43,266 nt of DNA from Staphylococcus phage vB_SepS_456. The position numbers were made by a program, and so were the translations under genes. Positions 28,755 to 37,046 of the stretch are shown in pieces (position 1 is the first letter of the stretch; every line of letters begins with the position of its first letter). The stretch lies in sequence record MW364973.1; one strand, written 5' to 3'. Below the pieces are notes generated by a model. That model was not told where the DNA came from. It saw only the letters and a program-made list of their open reading frames with translations, and made no database searches.

Positions 28755-29321
28755 TTATATTTTTCCGTCCCACGCCTCATTTGCCACTCCATTTGTAGTT
28801 GAACGTGGTAATGGTTCTTTAAAACTTCTACGATCTACACCTTGATTTTGATTATTTTGCGGTACTTTCTCCATTTGTGACTCATTGTGAGTAGTTGTTT
28901 TCGTTCTATTCCATTCGTCAATTTCTGATTGGGTCATGTAACCATTATTATTTTGCATTTGTTGGTTGTTATTAGCTTGTTGCTGATTGTTTTTTTGTTG
29001 TGTTGCTTGAGCTTGTTTACCTTGTGATCGTTCATTATTACCATTATTACTTTGAGTTTTGCTATTGTCATTTTTAGATGTGCTTTCAGATTTATTGCTA
29101 GTAGTATCATTGTTAATACCATCTGAACTAGATTGTTGTTTATCGTCATTAGTGTTTTTGTTTGATTCATTCTTACTATCTGATTTCTTCGGACCATTCG
29201 ACTTCTTATCTGATTTACTTTCAGACTTCTTATTATCATCTTTATTCGAGTTATCCCCATTTTGTCCACATGCACCTAATACTAATAAGCTTGCAAATAT
29301 TAAAAATAAAACCTTTTTCAT
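28755..29321 (-). CDS. Lipoprotein with long disordered Ser/Asn/Gln/Lys-rich low-complexity region
   Basis: 188 aa; signal peptide plus lipobox LVLGAC at residues 13-18; >120 residues of low complexity; between int and immA-like gene. Confidence 0.7.
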   Translation of the reverse strand: MKKVLFLIFASLLVLGACGQNGDNSNKDDNKKSESKSDKKSNGPKKSDSKNESNKNTNDDKQQSSSDGINNDTTSNKSESTSKNDNSKTQSNNGNNERSQGKQAQATQQKNNQQQANNNQQMQNNNGYMTQSEIDEWNRTKTTTHNESQMEKVPQNNQNQGVDRRSFKEPLPRSTTNGVANEAWDGKI

Positions 29322-29338
29322 TCTACGTTTCTCCTTTT

Positions 29339-29809
29339 TTATATTTCTTTATATTTAAAAACTCTTAACGGATCAAATGTAATTAAGTATTCTCCGTAGT
29401 TAGTTCCAATGCCATATTTGTTTTTGTAATGCTTCAATATTTCTGCTATATACTTTTCGCTTAATTGAACGTATTCAGCTAATTCATATAAGTTACTAAC
29501 ACCATAGTTATGCGCCTCCATAATAATGCGCAAAGGTAGAGCTGCTTCATATCCATAACGCCTAGCGTAGTTTTCAAATTTGCGGTTTATATCTTTAGAT
29601 TGATCTAAGATGTTTCCGTATGTAAGTTTATGATGTGCTAGTTCTTCGTATAATACCTCAGCTTTACGTCTTTCAGACAGGTTTTTATCGATAAGTATTA
29701 CTCCATCTTTATAAAAACCACTATATCCATTAGGTAACGAGTGTGTGTCTTTAATTTTAATGTGTTCATTCTTAGTAAGTAATTCTTCGTAATGTGACAA
29801 TAAAATCAA
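29339..29809 (-). CDS. ImmA/IrrE-like (DUF955-like) protein, possible metallopeptidase with atypical EELAHH in place of HExxH
   Basis: 156 aa directly downstream of cI in the leftward lysogeny operon, which is the usual ImmA position; the motif is not canonical, so activity is uncertain. Confidence 0.4.
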   Translation of the reverse strand: MILLSHYEELLTKNEHIKIKDTHSLPNGYSGFYKDGVILIDKNLSERRKAEVLYEELAHHKLTYGNILDQSKDINRKFENYARRYGYEAALPLRIIMEAHNYGVSNLYELAEYVQLSEKYIAEILKHYKNKYGIGTNYGEYLITFDPLRVFKYKEI

Positions 29810-29814
29810 TCCCT

Positions 29815-30147
29815 TTATTTATCTTCGTTTTTAAATCTATCAATCAAACTTAAAATATAGTCTACATCCTCCTTTTTTAGCTCGCCTTCTAAATGCGCGG
29901 CTAGTGTTTGAGGTTCCTCGATTTTCATTTCTTTTCTTCCACTTAACTCATCCAAAGATACGTTAAAGTAATCCGATAACGCGCTAGCATGTTCCATAGA
30001 AGGGCTAGTAACACCTTTTTCCCATCAATCTATTGATGCTTTTGAAAATTTAACTTCATATTTTGCATTAAGTCTGTCACTCAATTCTTTTAATGATAAG
30101 TCACGTGATTTTCTTAATTTACTAAGGTTGTCTGAGAAATTAGTCAT
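29815..30147 (-). pseudogene. cI: cI-like XRE-family repressor interrupted by an in-frame TGA (+ strand tca at 30025-30027) at codon 41, inside the HTH recognition helix
   Basis: From ATG 30147 (RBS aaggagt): MTNFSDNLSKLRKSRDLSLKELSDRLNAKYEVKFSKASID*WEKGVTSPSMEHASALSDYF...NEDK. HTH consensus ..S.stIs(R/K)wE.G predicts Arg (CGA or AGA) at the stop position. Many genes in the window end in TGA, so TGA is a stop in this code. Confidence 0.75.
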
Positions 30148-30171
30148 GTTTTTACTCCTTGTTTGTTTTTT

Positions 30172-30194
30172 ACAAACTTATTATATAAGTTTGT
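30172..30194. promoter_or_regulatory. Perfect 9-bp-arm palindromic operator ACAAACTTA-ttata-TAAGTTTGT in the cI-cro intergenic region
   Basis: Read directly; related half-sites (acaaattta / aaatttatt) recur downstream at 30215-30250. Confidence 0.6.
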
Positions 30195-30249
30195 TCTCAT
30201 ATTTGCAACACATTTTACAAATTTATTTCTCAAAAATGAAATTTATTCG

Positions 30250-30278
30250 TTGACAACGAAACAGTCGCCTTGTATAGT
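30250..30278 (+). promoter_or_regulatory. Early rightward promoter (PR-like): TTGACA -17 nt- TATAGT
   Basis: ttgaca 30250-55, tatagt 30273-78, exact 17-nt spacer, ~45 nt upstream of cro. Confidence 0.65.
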
Positions 30279-30322
30279 AATTAGTGTAATCTCATAAATG
30301 AGACGAAAGAGGTGATAAAAAC

Positions 30323-30565
30323 ATGAATAAAAAGAGATATCAAGATTTACGAAATTTCATTGATGAGAGTAAGTATTCTCATAAAGATGTCGCTAACATG
30401 ATTGGTATGAATCCTGCACGCTTTAGTCAAAAGATTAATAAAAACAAAAGCAATTTTACTATTGATGAAGCAAGTGCGATTTGCGATGTTTTAGATATTA
30501 GTATGGATGATTATTTTTTTAATCACAATGTCTCAAAAATGAAACGAGAACCACAAACAACTTAA
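30323..30565 (+). CDS. cro: Cro-like XRE-family HTH regulator
   Basis: 80 aa; ..SHKDVANMIGMNPARFSQKINKNKSNFTIDEASAICDVLD.. HTH_3 pattern; divergent from cI; RBS gaggtga. Confidence 0.7.
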   Translation: MNKKRYQDLRNFIDESKYSHKDVANMIGMNPARFSQKINKNKSNFTIDEASAICDVLDISMDDYFFNHNVSKMKREPQTT

Positions 30566-30577
30566 GGAGGAATTCAA

Positions 30578-30742
30578 ATGAAAGAAGAAAAATTAGATGC
30601 GATTTTAAAAATAATAGAAGGCATGCCTAAATACGAGTGGGACAGAATTGCACATGAAGTTAGCAAAGCTTACAGCCATAAGACCGTCAAGGTAGAGCTT
30701 GACAGTCATAGCTGTAAAACAATTAGAAAATCACTTAGTTAA
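30578..30742 (+). CDS. Small early protein (54 aa)
   Basis: ORF not in track; RBS aaggagg with 7-nt spacer; MKEEKLDAILKIIEGMPKYEWDRIAHEVSKAYSHKTVKVELDSHSCKTIRKSLS. Confidence 0.5.
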   Translation: MKEEKLDAILKIIEGMPKYEWDRIAHEVSKAYSHKTVKVELDSHSCKTIRKSLS

Positions 30743-30937
30743 AACTTGAATGAAACTAGGGTGGATTCGGTAATTCACATTATCAATTTTAATGTTGATG
30801 TAGTTGAAATTGAACAAGTTATCGATTTGTTCTTTATACCAAAGATTTATATCTGTATATGCGTTATCAATTACAACATCATTTGATTCAGATAGATTTA
30901 CCCATTCGCCAAGTAAACAAGCATAAATATTTTTCAT
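30731..30937 (-). CDS. Antisense-oriented small protein (68 aa) inside the rightward early operon
   Basis: Strong RBS aaaggaggtga + 4 nt + ATG (30937); MKNIYACLLGEWVNLSESNDVVIDNAYTDINLWYKEQIDNLFNFNYINIKIDNVNYRIHPSFIQVLTK; its 3' end overlaps the + strand ORF 30578-30742 by 12 nt. Confidence 0.5.
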   Translation of the reverse strand: MKNIYACLLGEWVNLSESNDVVIDNAYTDINLWYKEQIDNLFNFNYINIKIDNVNYRIHPSFIQVLTK

Positions 30938-30986
30938 AAAATCACCTCCTTTTATAAGGAGTATAGCAGAAAGGAGCATAAACAAT

Positions 30987-31760
30987 ATGCAAGATTTACA
31001 AGTAATAGAACATAATAACGAATTTTATGTAGACAGTCGAGAAGTAGCAGAAATGGTTGATAAACAACATAAAAATTTAATAAGGGATATAGATAATTAC
31101 AAAAGTGTATTATTACAAAGCTCAAAATTGAGCTCTGAAGATTACTTTGTAGAATCGAGATATTTAGGAGAAAACGGCAGGTATACAAAACATTATCTTT
31201 TAACTAAAAAAGGTTGCGACATGGTAGCAAATAAAATGACTGGTTCAAAAGGTGTTTTATTTACAGCAATGTATGTAGACGCATTCCATAAGATGGACGA
31301 ACATATCAAGCAATCTCAACTGAATGTACCACAAACACCAATGCAAGCATTAGAAATGATGTTCAAAGTACAGAAAGACCAAGAACAATTTAATAAAGAA
31401 ATGAAACGTGAAATCACTGGAATTAGAAATATTGTAGGTATTGAAACTAAGAATTGGCGTAACGATACTAACAAAATGCTAGGTGCAATAGCACAACATT
31501 TAGGTGGTGGAGAGAAACATCAGAAAGTAAGAATTGAGGCTTACAAGTTACTTGAAGAAAAAGGACGTTGCAAGTTAGAACAACGATTAAATAATCGCAA
31601 AGCAAAAATGCTTTCACAAGGTGCGACTAAGTCACAGATTAATAAACTTTCAAAATTAGATGTAATTACTGATGAACCAAGATTGATTGAAATTTATATT
31701 TCAGTGATTAAGAGTATGGCAATCAAATATGGCGTAGACGTAAGTCAATTTGAACTATAA
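30987..31760 (+). CDS. Phage regulatory protein Rha family (antirepressor-like)
   Basis: 257 aa; N-terminal ..NEFYVDSREVAEMVDKQHKNLIRDIDNY.. matches the Rha family signature; RBS gaaaggagc. Confidence 0.7.
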   Translation: MQDLQVIEHNNEFYVDSREVAEMVDKQHKNLIRDIDNYKSVLLQSSKLSSEDYFVESRYLGENGRYTKHYLLTKKGCDMVANKMTGSKGVLFTAMYVDAFHKMDEHIKQSQLNVPQTPMQALEMMFKVQKDQEQFNKEMKREITGIRNIVGIETKNWRNDTNKMLGAIAQHLGGGEKHQKVRIEAYKLLEEKGRCKLEQRLNNRKAKMLSQGATKSQINKLSKLDVITDEPRLIEIYISVIKSMAIKYGVDVSQFEL

Positions 31761-31797
31761 CCCACAATCGAACAAACAACTTAAAGGAGGCTTAGCT

Positions 31798-31959
31798 ATG
31801 CTAAAAAAACTAAAAATAGCACTCCTAATCGTCATCTTGGCGGAGGAGATTAGAAGTGATAGAAAACGAACAGTAAAAGTTAGTGCCAGTATAGACGAAA
31901 AACAATTAACAAAAATTGTAAATGAAGAAAATGCAAAAAATGGATCACTTATTTTCTAA
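31798..31959 (+). CDS. Small membrane protein (53 aa)
   Basis: Start moved to ATG 31798 (RBS aaaggagg); N-terminal hydrophobic helix LKIALLIVILA. Confidence 0.45.
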   Translation: MLKKLKIALLIVILAEEIRSDRKRTVKVSASIDEKQLTKIVNEENAKNGSLIF

Positions 31960-32331
31960 TTATACACGAAAGGAATGGTTTTTATGCCACCACACATTCA
32001 ACAAATGCTATTTGATTTTGCATTAGAAAGAGGTTATATCGAAAAACTTTTAGAAATGAAAGAAGAGTTAGAAATGAAAGAAGAGGATGATAAATGAAAT
32101 ATCTACTAAGCTACATGACGATGTTCATCGCAATGATCATCACATTACTTTTAGGAGGTGGTTTCACAACAGTATTAGGAATTGCAATGTTAACGCTTAT
32201 CTTTAGCACATTCTTCTGGGAACAGTGGTTGAAAACAATAAAAAAGACTGAAAGACGCGCCAACGCCTAACAGTCTAAAATCAAAAATTTATCAAAATAT
32301 ACAACTTAAATATACAAGTGGAGGAGAGAAA

Positions 32332-32607
32332 ATGCAAGAGGTAATTACAGTCAAGTTGACTAGAGAAGAATACTCTCAACTAATCAAAAGCCAAATAGAT
32401 TTAGATTTCTTGCAAAGTGACTACGACTTTTTAAATAAACGTTACGAAGATATGTGCGATAGATATTTTGAACTTAGAAAAGACTTCAGAAAAGCTATAG
32501 AATCGTGCAAAACACAAAGCGAAACAATCAAAGTCATGGATAGAACAATCGACATGCTGCGTAAAGGAGTGATTGGGATTGAAAGAAACAGTGACGTATC
32601 TAATTAA
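32332..32607 (+). CDS. Hypothetical coiled-coil protein
   Basis: 91 aa; RBS ggaggag. Confidence 0.45.
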   Translation: MQEVITVKLTREEYSQLIKSQIDLDFLQSDYDFLNKRYEDMCDRYFELRKDFRKAIESCKTQSETIKVMDRTIDMLRKGVIGIERNSDVSN

Positions 32608-32803
32608 ATTGAAAGACGCTCCTTTCGACCTGTATATCACTAATAAACCTAATAATGAAGAAGATACCTCTTATTCAAGAGATAAACGTAGAGCAAGAGA
32701 ATTTGCAGGACTAGAAGATGTGAGTATCGACATGACAAAGCATACAGCAATTAAAAAGACAGTAACAGAATCAACTGAGTATGAGGAGGTTAAGTATGAC
32801 TGA
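32573..32803 (+). CDS. Hypothetical protein
   Basis: 76 aa ORF overlapping its neighbours. Confidence 0.35.
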   Translation: MGLKETVTYLIKLKDAPFDLYITNKPNNEEDTSYSRDKRRAREFAGLEDVSIDMTKHTAIKKTVTESTEYEEVKYD

Positions 32804-33422
32804 GGAAACACTATTTAATCAATTAAATCAGAAAGATGTAAACGACCATGTAGAAAAGAAAAATGGATTAACCTACCTAGCATGGTCATACGCTCATCAA
32901 GAATTAAAGAAGATAGACAGTAACTACAGTATTAAGACACATGAATTTGTACACCCTGACGTACCACAAGACAACTATTTTGTACCTTATTTAGCTACTC
33001 CTGAGGGCTATTTTGTACAAGTGTCAGTAACTGTGAAAGGACAAACAGAAACAGAGTGGCTTCCAGTATTGGATTTTAGAAACAAATCTTTAGCAAAGGG
33101 TAGCGCGACAACATTCGATATTAATAAAGCTCAAAAACGTTGTTTTGTTAAAGCTGCAGCATTACATGGTCTAGGACTTTATATATATAACGGGGAAGAA
33201 GTTCCGAGCGCTAATGATAATGACATAACAGAATTAGAAGAACGTATTAACCAATTTGTCACTTTATCTCAAGAAAAAGGCAGAGATGCAACACTAGACA
33301 AAACAATGCGTTGGTTAGGTATTCAAAACATTAACAAAGTTACTAAAAAAGATATAGCAAATGCACATCAAAAACTAGATGCAGGACTAAAACAATTAGA
33401 TAAGGAGAATTCGAATGACTAA
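32796..33422 (+). CDS. sak: Single-strand annealing protein, Rad52-like (Sak family)
   Basis: Start at ATG 32796 (RBS gaggagg); motifs GLTYLAWSYAHQEL and HGLGLYIY resemble the Rad52/Sak hallmarks (..YL.W..A...L.. / FGLGRYLY); immediately upstream of SSB. Confidence 0.65.
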   Translation: MTEETLFNQLNQKDVNDHVEKKNGLTYLAWSYAHQELKKIDSNYSIKTHEFVHPDVPQDNYFVPYLATPEGYFVQVSVTVKGQTETEWLPVLDFRNKSLAKGSATTFDINKAQKRCFVKAAALHGLGLYIYNGEEVPSANDNDITELEERINQFVTLSQEKGRDATLDKTMRWLGIQNINKVTKKDIANAHQKLDAGLKQLDKENSND

Positions 33423-33825
33423 TTTAACTATTTTAACAGGACGTATCACTAAAGATTTAGAACTTAAACAAGCAGGACAAACACAAGTAACTAACTTTTC
33501 TATGGCAGTAGACAATCCATTCAAAAAAGATGACACATCATTCTTCGACATCGTAGCGTTCGGTAAAACTGCACAACTATTAAACGACTATTGCGGTAAG
33601 GGAAGCAAAGTTTTAATCGAAGGCAACTTGAAGCAAGACCGTTTCCAAGATAAAGAAGGTAACAATCGTTCAGTAGTACGAGTGATTGCAAATAGAATTG
33701 AATTCTTAGATAGCAAAGGTAGTAATCAATCTAACAACCAATCCCCAAAACGAGGGCAAGCACCAGCAGGCAATAATCCGTTTGCTAACGGCACAGATAT
33801 AGAAAATTCAGAATTACCGTTCTGA
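33415..33825 (+). CDS. ssb: Single-stranded DNA-binding protein
   Basis: 136 aa; OB-fold N-terminus, Gly/Asn/Gln-rich tail ending in the acidic ..DIENSELPF tip. Confidence 0.85.
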   Translation: MTNLTILTGRITKDLELKQAGQTQVTNFSMAVDNPFKKDDTSFFDIVAFGKTAQLLNDYCGKGSKVLIEGNLKQDRFQDKEGNNRSVVRVIANRIEFLDSKGSNQSNNQSPKRGQAPAGNNPFANGTDIENSELPF

Positions 33826-33838
33826 TTGGACTGATTAG

Positions 33839-34504
33839 ATGGTAGTAATAAAAAACTACATTACAGAAGATGACGGTACAACGACTGTAGTCATCAAAGG
33901 AGTAGAACTAGATAACAAAACATCTTTACTTTTAGACAACGGTTACGAAGTAGAAGCAGATGTAAGAGTTGTAGATCCATTCAAGATTACAGATAAGCAG
34001 CGTAGAAAAGTATTTGCTCTCTGTAACGACATAGAAGCTTACACAGGACAACCTCGTGACTATATGAGGTATATGTTCATGGATTACGTAGAAGTCCTAT
34101 ACGGCTACGAAAAACGCCTCTCTTTGAGTGATTGTACTAGAGAACAAGCGAGTCAAGTTATAGAAGTCATTATTGACTGGGTGTTTCATAACAATATCCC
34201 ACTCAACTATAAGACAAGTGACTTACTTAAGAATGATAAGGCGTTTCTTTACTGGTCGACAGTCAATCGTAACTGTGTAATATGCGGTAAACATGGAGAA
34301 CTGGCACATCATAAAGCGATTGGTAGAGGTGCTAATCGTAAGAAAATGGATCATTACGGTTTTGAAGTGCTGTGTCTATGTAGAGAACATCATCAATCGC
34401 AGCATGATATGGGCGTAGAAACCTTTGATAAATTACATCACCTTGAAAATTCGTGGCTTTCAGTAGATGAGCGCTTAAACAAAATGTTGAAAGGAGTTAA
34501 ATAA
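33839..34504 (+). CDS. HNH-like nuclease domain protein (DUF968-like)
   Basis: 221 aa; C-terminal CVICG..HH..C.C..HH metal-binding block. Confidence 0.5.
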   Translation: MVVIKNYITEDDGTTTVVIKGVELDNKTSLLLDNGYEVEADVRVVDPFKITDKQRRKVFALCNDIEAYTGQPRDYMRYMFMDYVEVLYGYEKRLSLSDCTREQASQVIEVIIDWVFHNNIPLNYKTSDLLKNDKAFLYWSTVNRNCVICGKHGELAHHKAIGRGANRKKMDHYGFEVLCLCREHHQSQHDMGVETFDKLHHLENSWLSVDERLNKMLKGVK

Positions 34505-35232
34505 TGGCAGTTTTTAGAGTTTACAAAGAAACTGGGAACTTCGTAACTGTACACAAAAATTTTATTCATGACGATAACCTAAGCTGGAAAGCTAAAGGAA
34601 TATTACTTTACTTATTAAGCCGACCTGATGACTGGCAAATATACGAATCAGAATTAGTTAGACATTCAACTGACGGACTTAGTGGCCTTAAAACTGGCAT
34701 AAAAGAATTGGAGAAAGTTGGTTATATTCAACGAACTAGAAAGCGTGATGATAAAGGTAGGTTGAAAGAATATGAATATGCTGTCTATGAAAAACCTAAC
34801 CACATTCGATTTTCCAACGTAGGAAAAACCTATATAGGAAAAACCTACGTAGGAGAATCGCACACTACTAATAATAATAGTACTAATAATGATTTAACTA
34901 ATAATAAAAACACTAATAATGTGACAGACGAGACATCAAAATCATTTCAATATATTAGTAATAACTTAGAAATCATACAAAGTCCATTAAAAGCACAACA
35001 ACTAGAAGAAGCTATAAAGGATTTTAAAGATAACAAACTAGAAATCGTTATTGTAGCTACTGATTACTGCAGAGAAAATAGCAAAGGTGTTAACTACCTT
35101 ATCAAAGTATTAGAAAACTGGAGTAAAGACGGTGTCGATACTAAAGAGAAAGCAATATCTAAAGTTAAACCTAGAAACAATAAAGAAGATGATTACCTAG
35201 CTAAGAAGAAACAGGAACTATTAGGAGGTTAG
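34504..35232 (+). CDS. Replisome organiser / replication initiator (N-terminal winged-helix, C-terminal DnaD-like domain)
   Basis: 242 aa; N-terminal ..WKAKGILLYLLSRPDDWQI.. typical of the phage replisome organiser N domain; C-terminal DnaD-like; internal iterons. Confidence 0.65.
   Translation: MAVFRVYKETGNFVTVHKNFIHDDNLSWKAKGILLYLLSRPDDWQIYESELVRHSTDGLSGLKTGIKELEKVGYIQRTRKRDDKGRLKEYEYAVYEKPNHIRFSNVGKTYIGKTYVGESHTTNNNSTNNDLTNNKNTNNVTDETSKSFQYISNNLEIIQSPLKAQQLEEAIKDFKDNKLEIVIVATDYCRENSKGVNYLIKVLENWSKDGVDTKEKAISKVKPRNNKEDDYLAKKKQELLGG
34817..34854 (+). repeat. Iteron-like direct repeats TAGGAAAAACCTA x2 flanked by CGTAGG, inside the replisome organiser gene; candidate origin
   Basis: acgTAGGAAAAACCTAtaTAGGAAAAACCTAcgtagg read directly; encodes GKTYIGKTYVGE. 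Confidence 0.55.
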
Positions 35233-35237
35233 ACATT

Positions 35238-35591
35238 ATGTCAATGACTGAACTAGAGGCAATTGAAATATTAGAGTTAATAAATAATGTCTACGATATG
35301 AAATTCAATAAAATTAAGTACAATCTTTGGGTAGAACAACTCACACAATATGGGGATTTCGACAGAACACTACACAAAACAAAGAAATATGTTAGAGAAA
35401 GTCGTTATAAACCTACGATTGCACAAATTATTGATCGCAAACCACCAGAAATGAAAAGCGCAGTGATACCAGAAGAACAGACTGATAAATATAGAATGCA
35501 GCACGATAAAGAGTTTAGAGAGAGAAGGCGACAATTAAGAAAACAATGGCAAAAGATGAAAGAGGATTGGGGGTTAGATGATGAGTATTGA
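35238..35591 (+). CDS. Hypothetical protein
   Basis: 117 aa between replisome organiser and helicase. Confidence 0.45.
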   Translation: MSMTELEAIEILELINNVYDMKFNKIKYNLWVEQLTQYGDFDRTLHKTKKYVRESRYKPTIAQIIDRKPPEMKSAVIPEEQTDKYRMQHDKEFRERRRQLRKQWQKMKEDWGLDDEY

Positions 35592-36828
35592 TGTGTTGAG
35601 TACCGAAGAATCTATTATATCTAACCTCATGCGTAACCCAGAGTTACTAAGTAAATTCAGATTGAAACCTGAAATGTTTACTGATGAAAAATTAAGAGTG
35701 TTCATTGAGTATGCACTAGAGCAAGGGAAAGTCGATGTAAACCAAATCTACTTTAAAAGTCGTGATGATAATGAATTTATATCTACTGACCGATTAGGTC
35801 GTTTATACAACTCAGATGGCACTGACAAGGCATTTTTTATGGACGACCAATTGAACCTATTACAAGAATACGTTTTGTCACAAGCTCGTGAGAAGCTCAC
35901 AGAGTATCAATCAATGCCGAGTAAAGAAAATTTTAATTATTTGGTAGAGGAATTAGAGAAATTAAAAGGTATGACAATAAAAAAAGCAGACGCTACTGAT
36001 AGTTTTCTAGCTGAAGTTGTAGAAAATATTTTATCTGATGAACCAAAACAATTTGTTAAAACTGGTATTGCTTCTATAGATAACAAAATCATTGGTTTTG
36101 AACCAGGTCAGTTGAATGTATTAGGTGCAAGACCTTCGTTAGGTAAAACTTCTCTTGCATTAACGATGATGTGGAATATCGCGCAGCGTGGGTACCCTAC
36201 AACGTTCTTTAGTTTAGAAACTGGAGGTAACAATATCGTTGAGCGGTTAGTCGCAACAATAACAAATATTCCACTATCTAAAATCAAGCAAGGAAACGGA
36301 TTGAATGACGATGAAGTTTCATCGGTAATGTCTGCTATAGATCAAATTAAAAAATGTAATTCTTTAAAGATTGAGGATCAAGCTCAAATGACACCACAAG
36401 ACGTTAGAGAAGTCGCATCTCAAAAAACAGACAAACCTCACGTTATATTTATTGATTATCTTACACTCATGCAATCAGATGTTCCTCAACGTGATAGACG
36501 ATTAGAAGTTGAAAAAATTTCTCGTGATTTAAAAATTATAGCTAAAGAAACAGGTTGTATCATTATCGCGCTATCTCAATTAAGTAGAGGTGTAGAAAGT
36601 CGTAGTGATAAACGTCCGATGATGTCAGATTTAAGAGAAGCAGGAGGAATTGAGCAAGACGCGAATATGATTTTCTTCTTATACCGTGACGATTATTACG
36701 ACCAAGACCAACAAGACAACATTACAGGTAAGTCGGAAATTGAATTCATTATTTCTAAAAATAAAGACGGAGAAACAGGGGTGGCACACCTCGATTTCTA
36801 CAAGAAAACGCAGAGGTTTTATGGATGA
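35578..36828 (+). CDS. Replicative DNA helicase (DnaB-like)
   Basis: 416 aa; Walker A GARPSLGKTSLAL, RecA-like C-terminal domain (..IIIALSQLSRGVESR..). Confidence 0.85.
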   Translation: MMSIDVLSTEESIISNLMRNPELLSKFRLKPEMFTDEKLRVFIEYALEQGKVDVNQIYFKSRDDNEFISTDRLGRLYNSDGTDKAFFMDDQLNLLQEYVLSQAREKLTEYQSMPSKENFNYLVEELEKLKGMTIKKADATDSFLAEVVENILSDEPKQFVKTGIASIDNKIIGFEPGQLNVLGARPSLGKTSLALTMMWNIAQRGYPTTFFSLETGGNNIVERLVATITNIPLSKIKQGNGLNDDEVSSVMSAIDQIKKCNSLKIEDQAQMTPQDVREVASQKTDKPHVIFIDYLTLMQSDVPQRDRRLEVEKISRDLKIIAKETGCIIIALSQLSRGVESRSDKRPMMSDLREAGGIEQDANMIFFLYRDDYYDQDQQDNITGKSEIEFIISKNKDGETGVAHLDFYKKTQRFYG

Positions 36829-37046
36829 AAGTTTATGAGTATCAGAAACTGTTAGGCGTTTTGTATCGAGAGGATTATAAAGAAGATCCAATCATAGCCA
36901 AAATATTAATTGAGTCTGGATGGGCGATTAATAGACTGCTTGACGCCGGAATCATTAAACCTTTCGACGATTACGAAGAAGTGAAAGAGTTAATCATGAA
37001 TGAAACAAAATGGAGGCAACCAGATGGGACTTATCGACGGACTTAA
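36825..37046 (+). CDS. Hypothetical protein
   Basis: 73 aa, overlapping the helicase stop. Confidence 0.4.
   Translation: MKVYEYQKLLGVLYREDYKEDPIIAKILIESGWAINRLLDAGIIKPFDDYEEVKELIMNETKWRQPDGTYRRT

Noticed and set aside
28755-29321. Repetitive DNA in the lipoprotein gene as a possible CRISPR array or tandem repeat
   Set aside because: There is no regular repeat-spacer periodicity, only codon-level low complexity (AAT/AAC/CAA/AGT runs).
28934-29368. ORFs 28934-29275 (-), 29059-29358 (+), 29162-29368 (+) overlapping the lipoprotein gene
   Set aside because: They are products of the low-complexity AAT/CAA-rich repeats of the lipoprotein gene. Their translations are homopolymer-like (L/S/F runs).
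30025-30027. TGA in cI read as Trp (genetic code 4) or as selenocysteine
   Set aside because: Many genes in the window terminate precisely at TGA (for example 4341-4343 and 41799-41801), and no SECIS-like context is present. The standard code applies.
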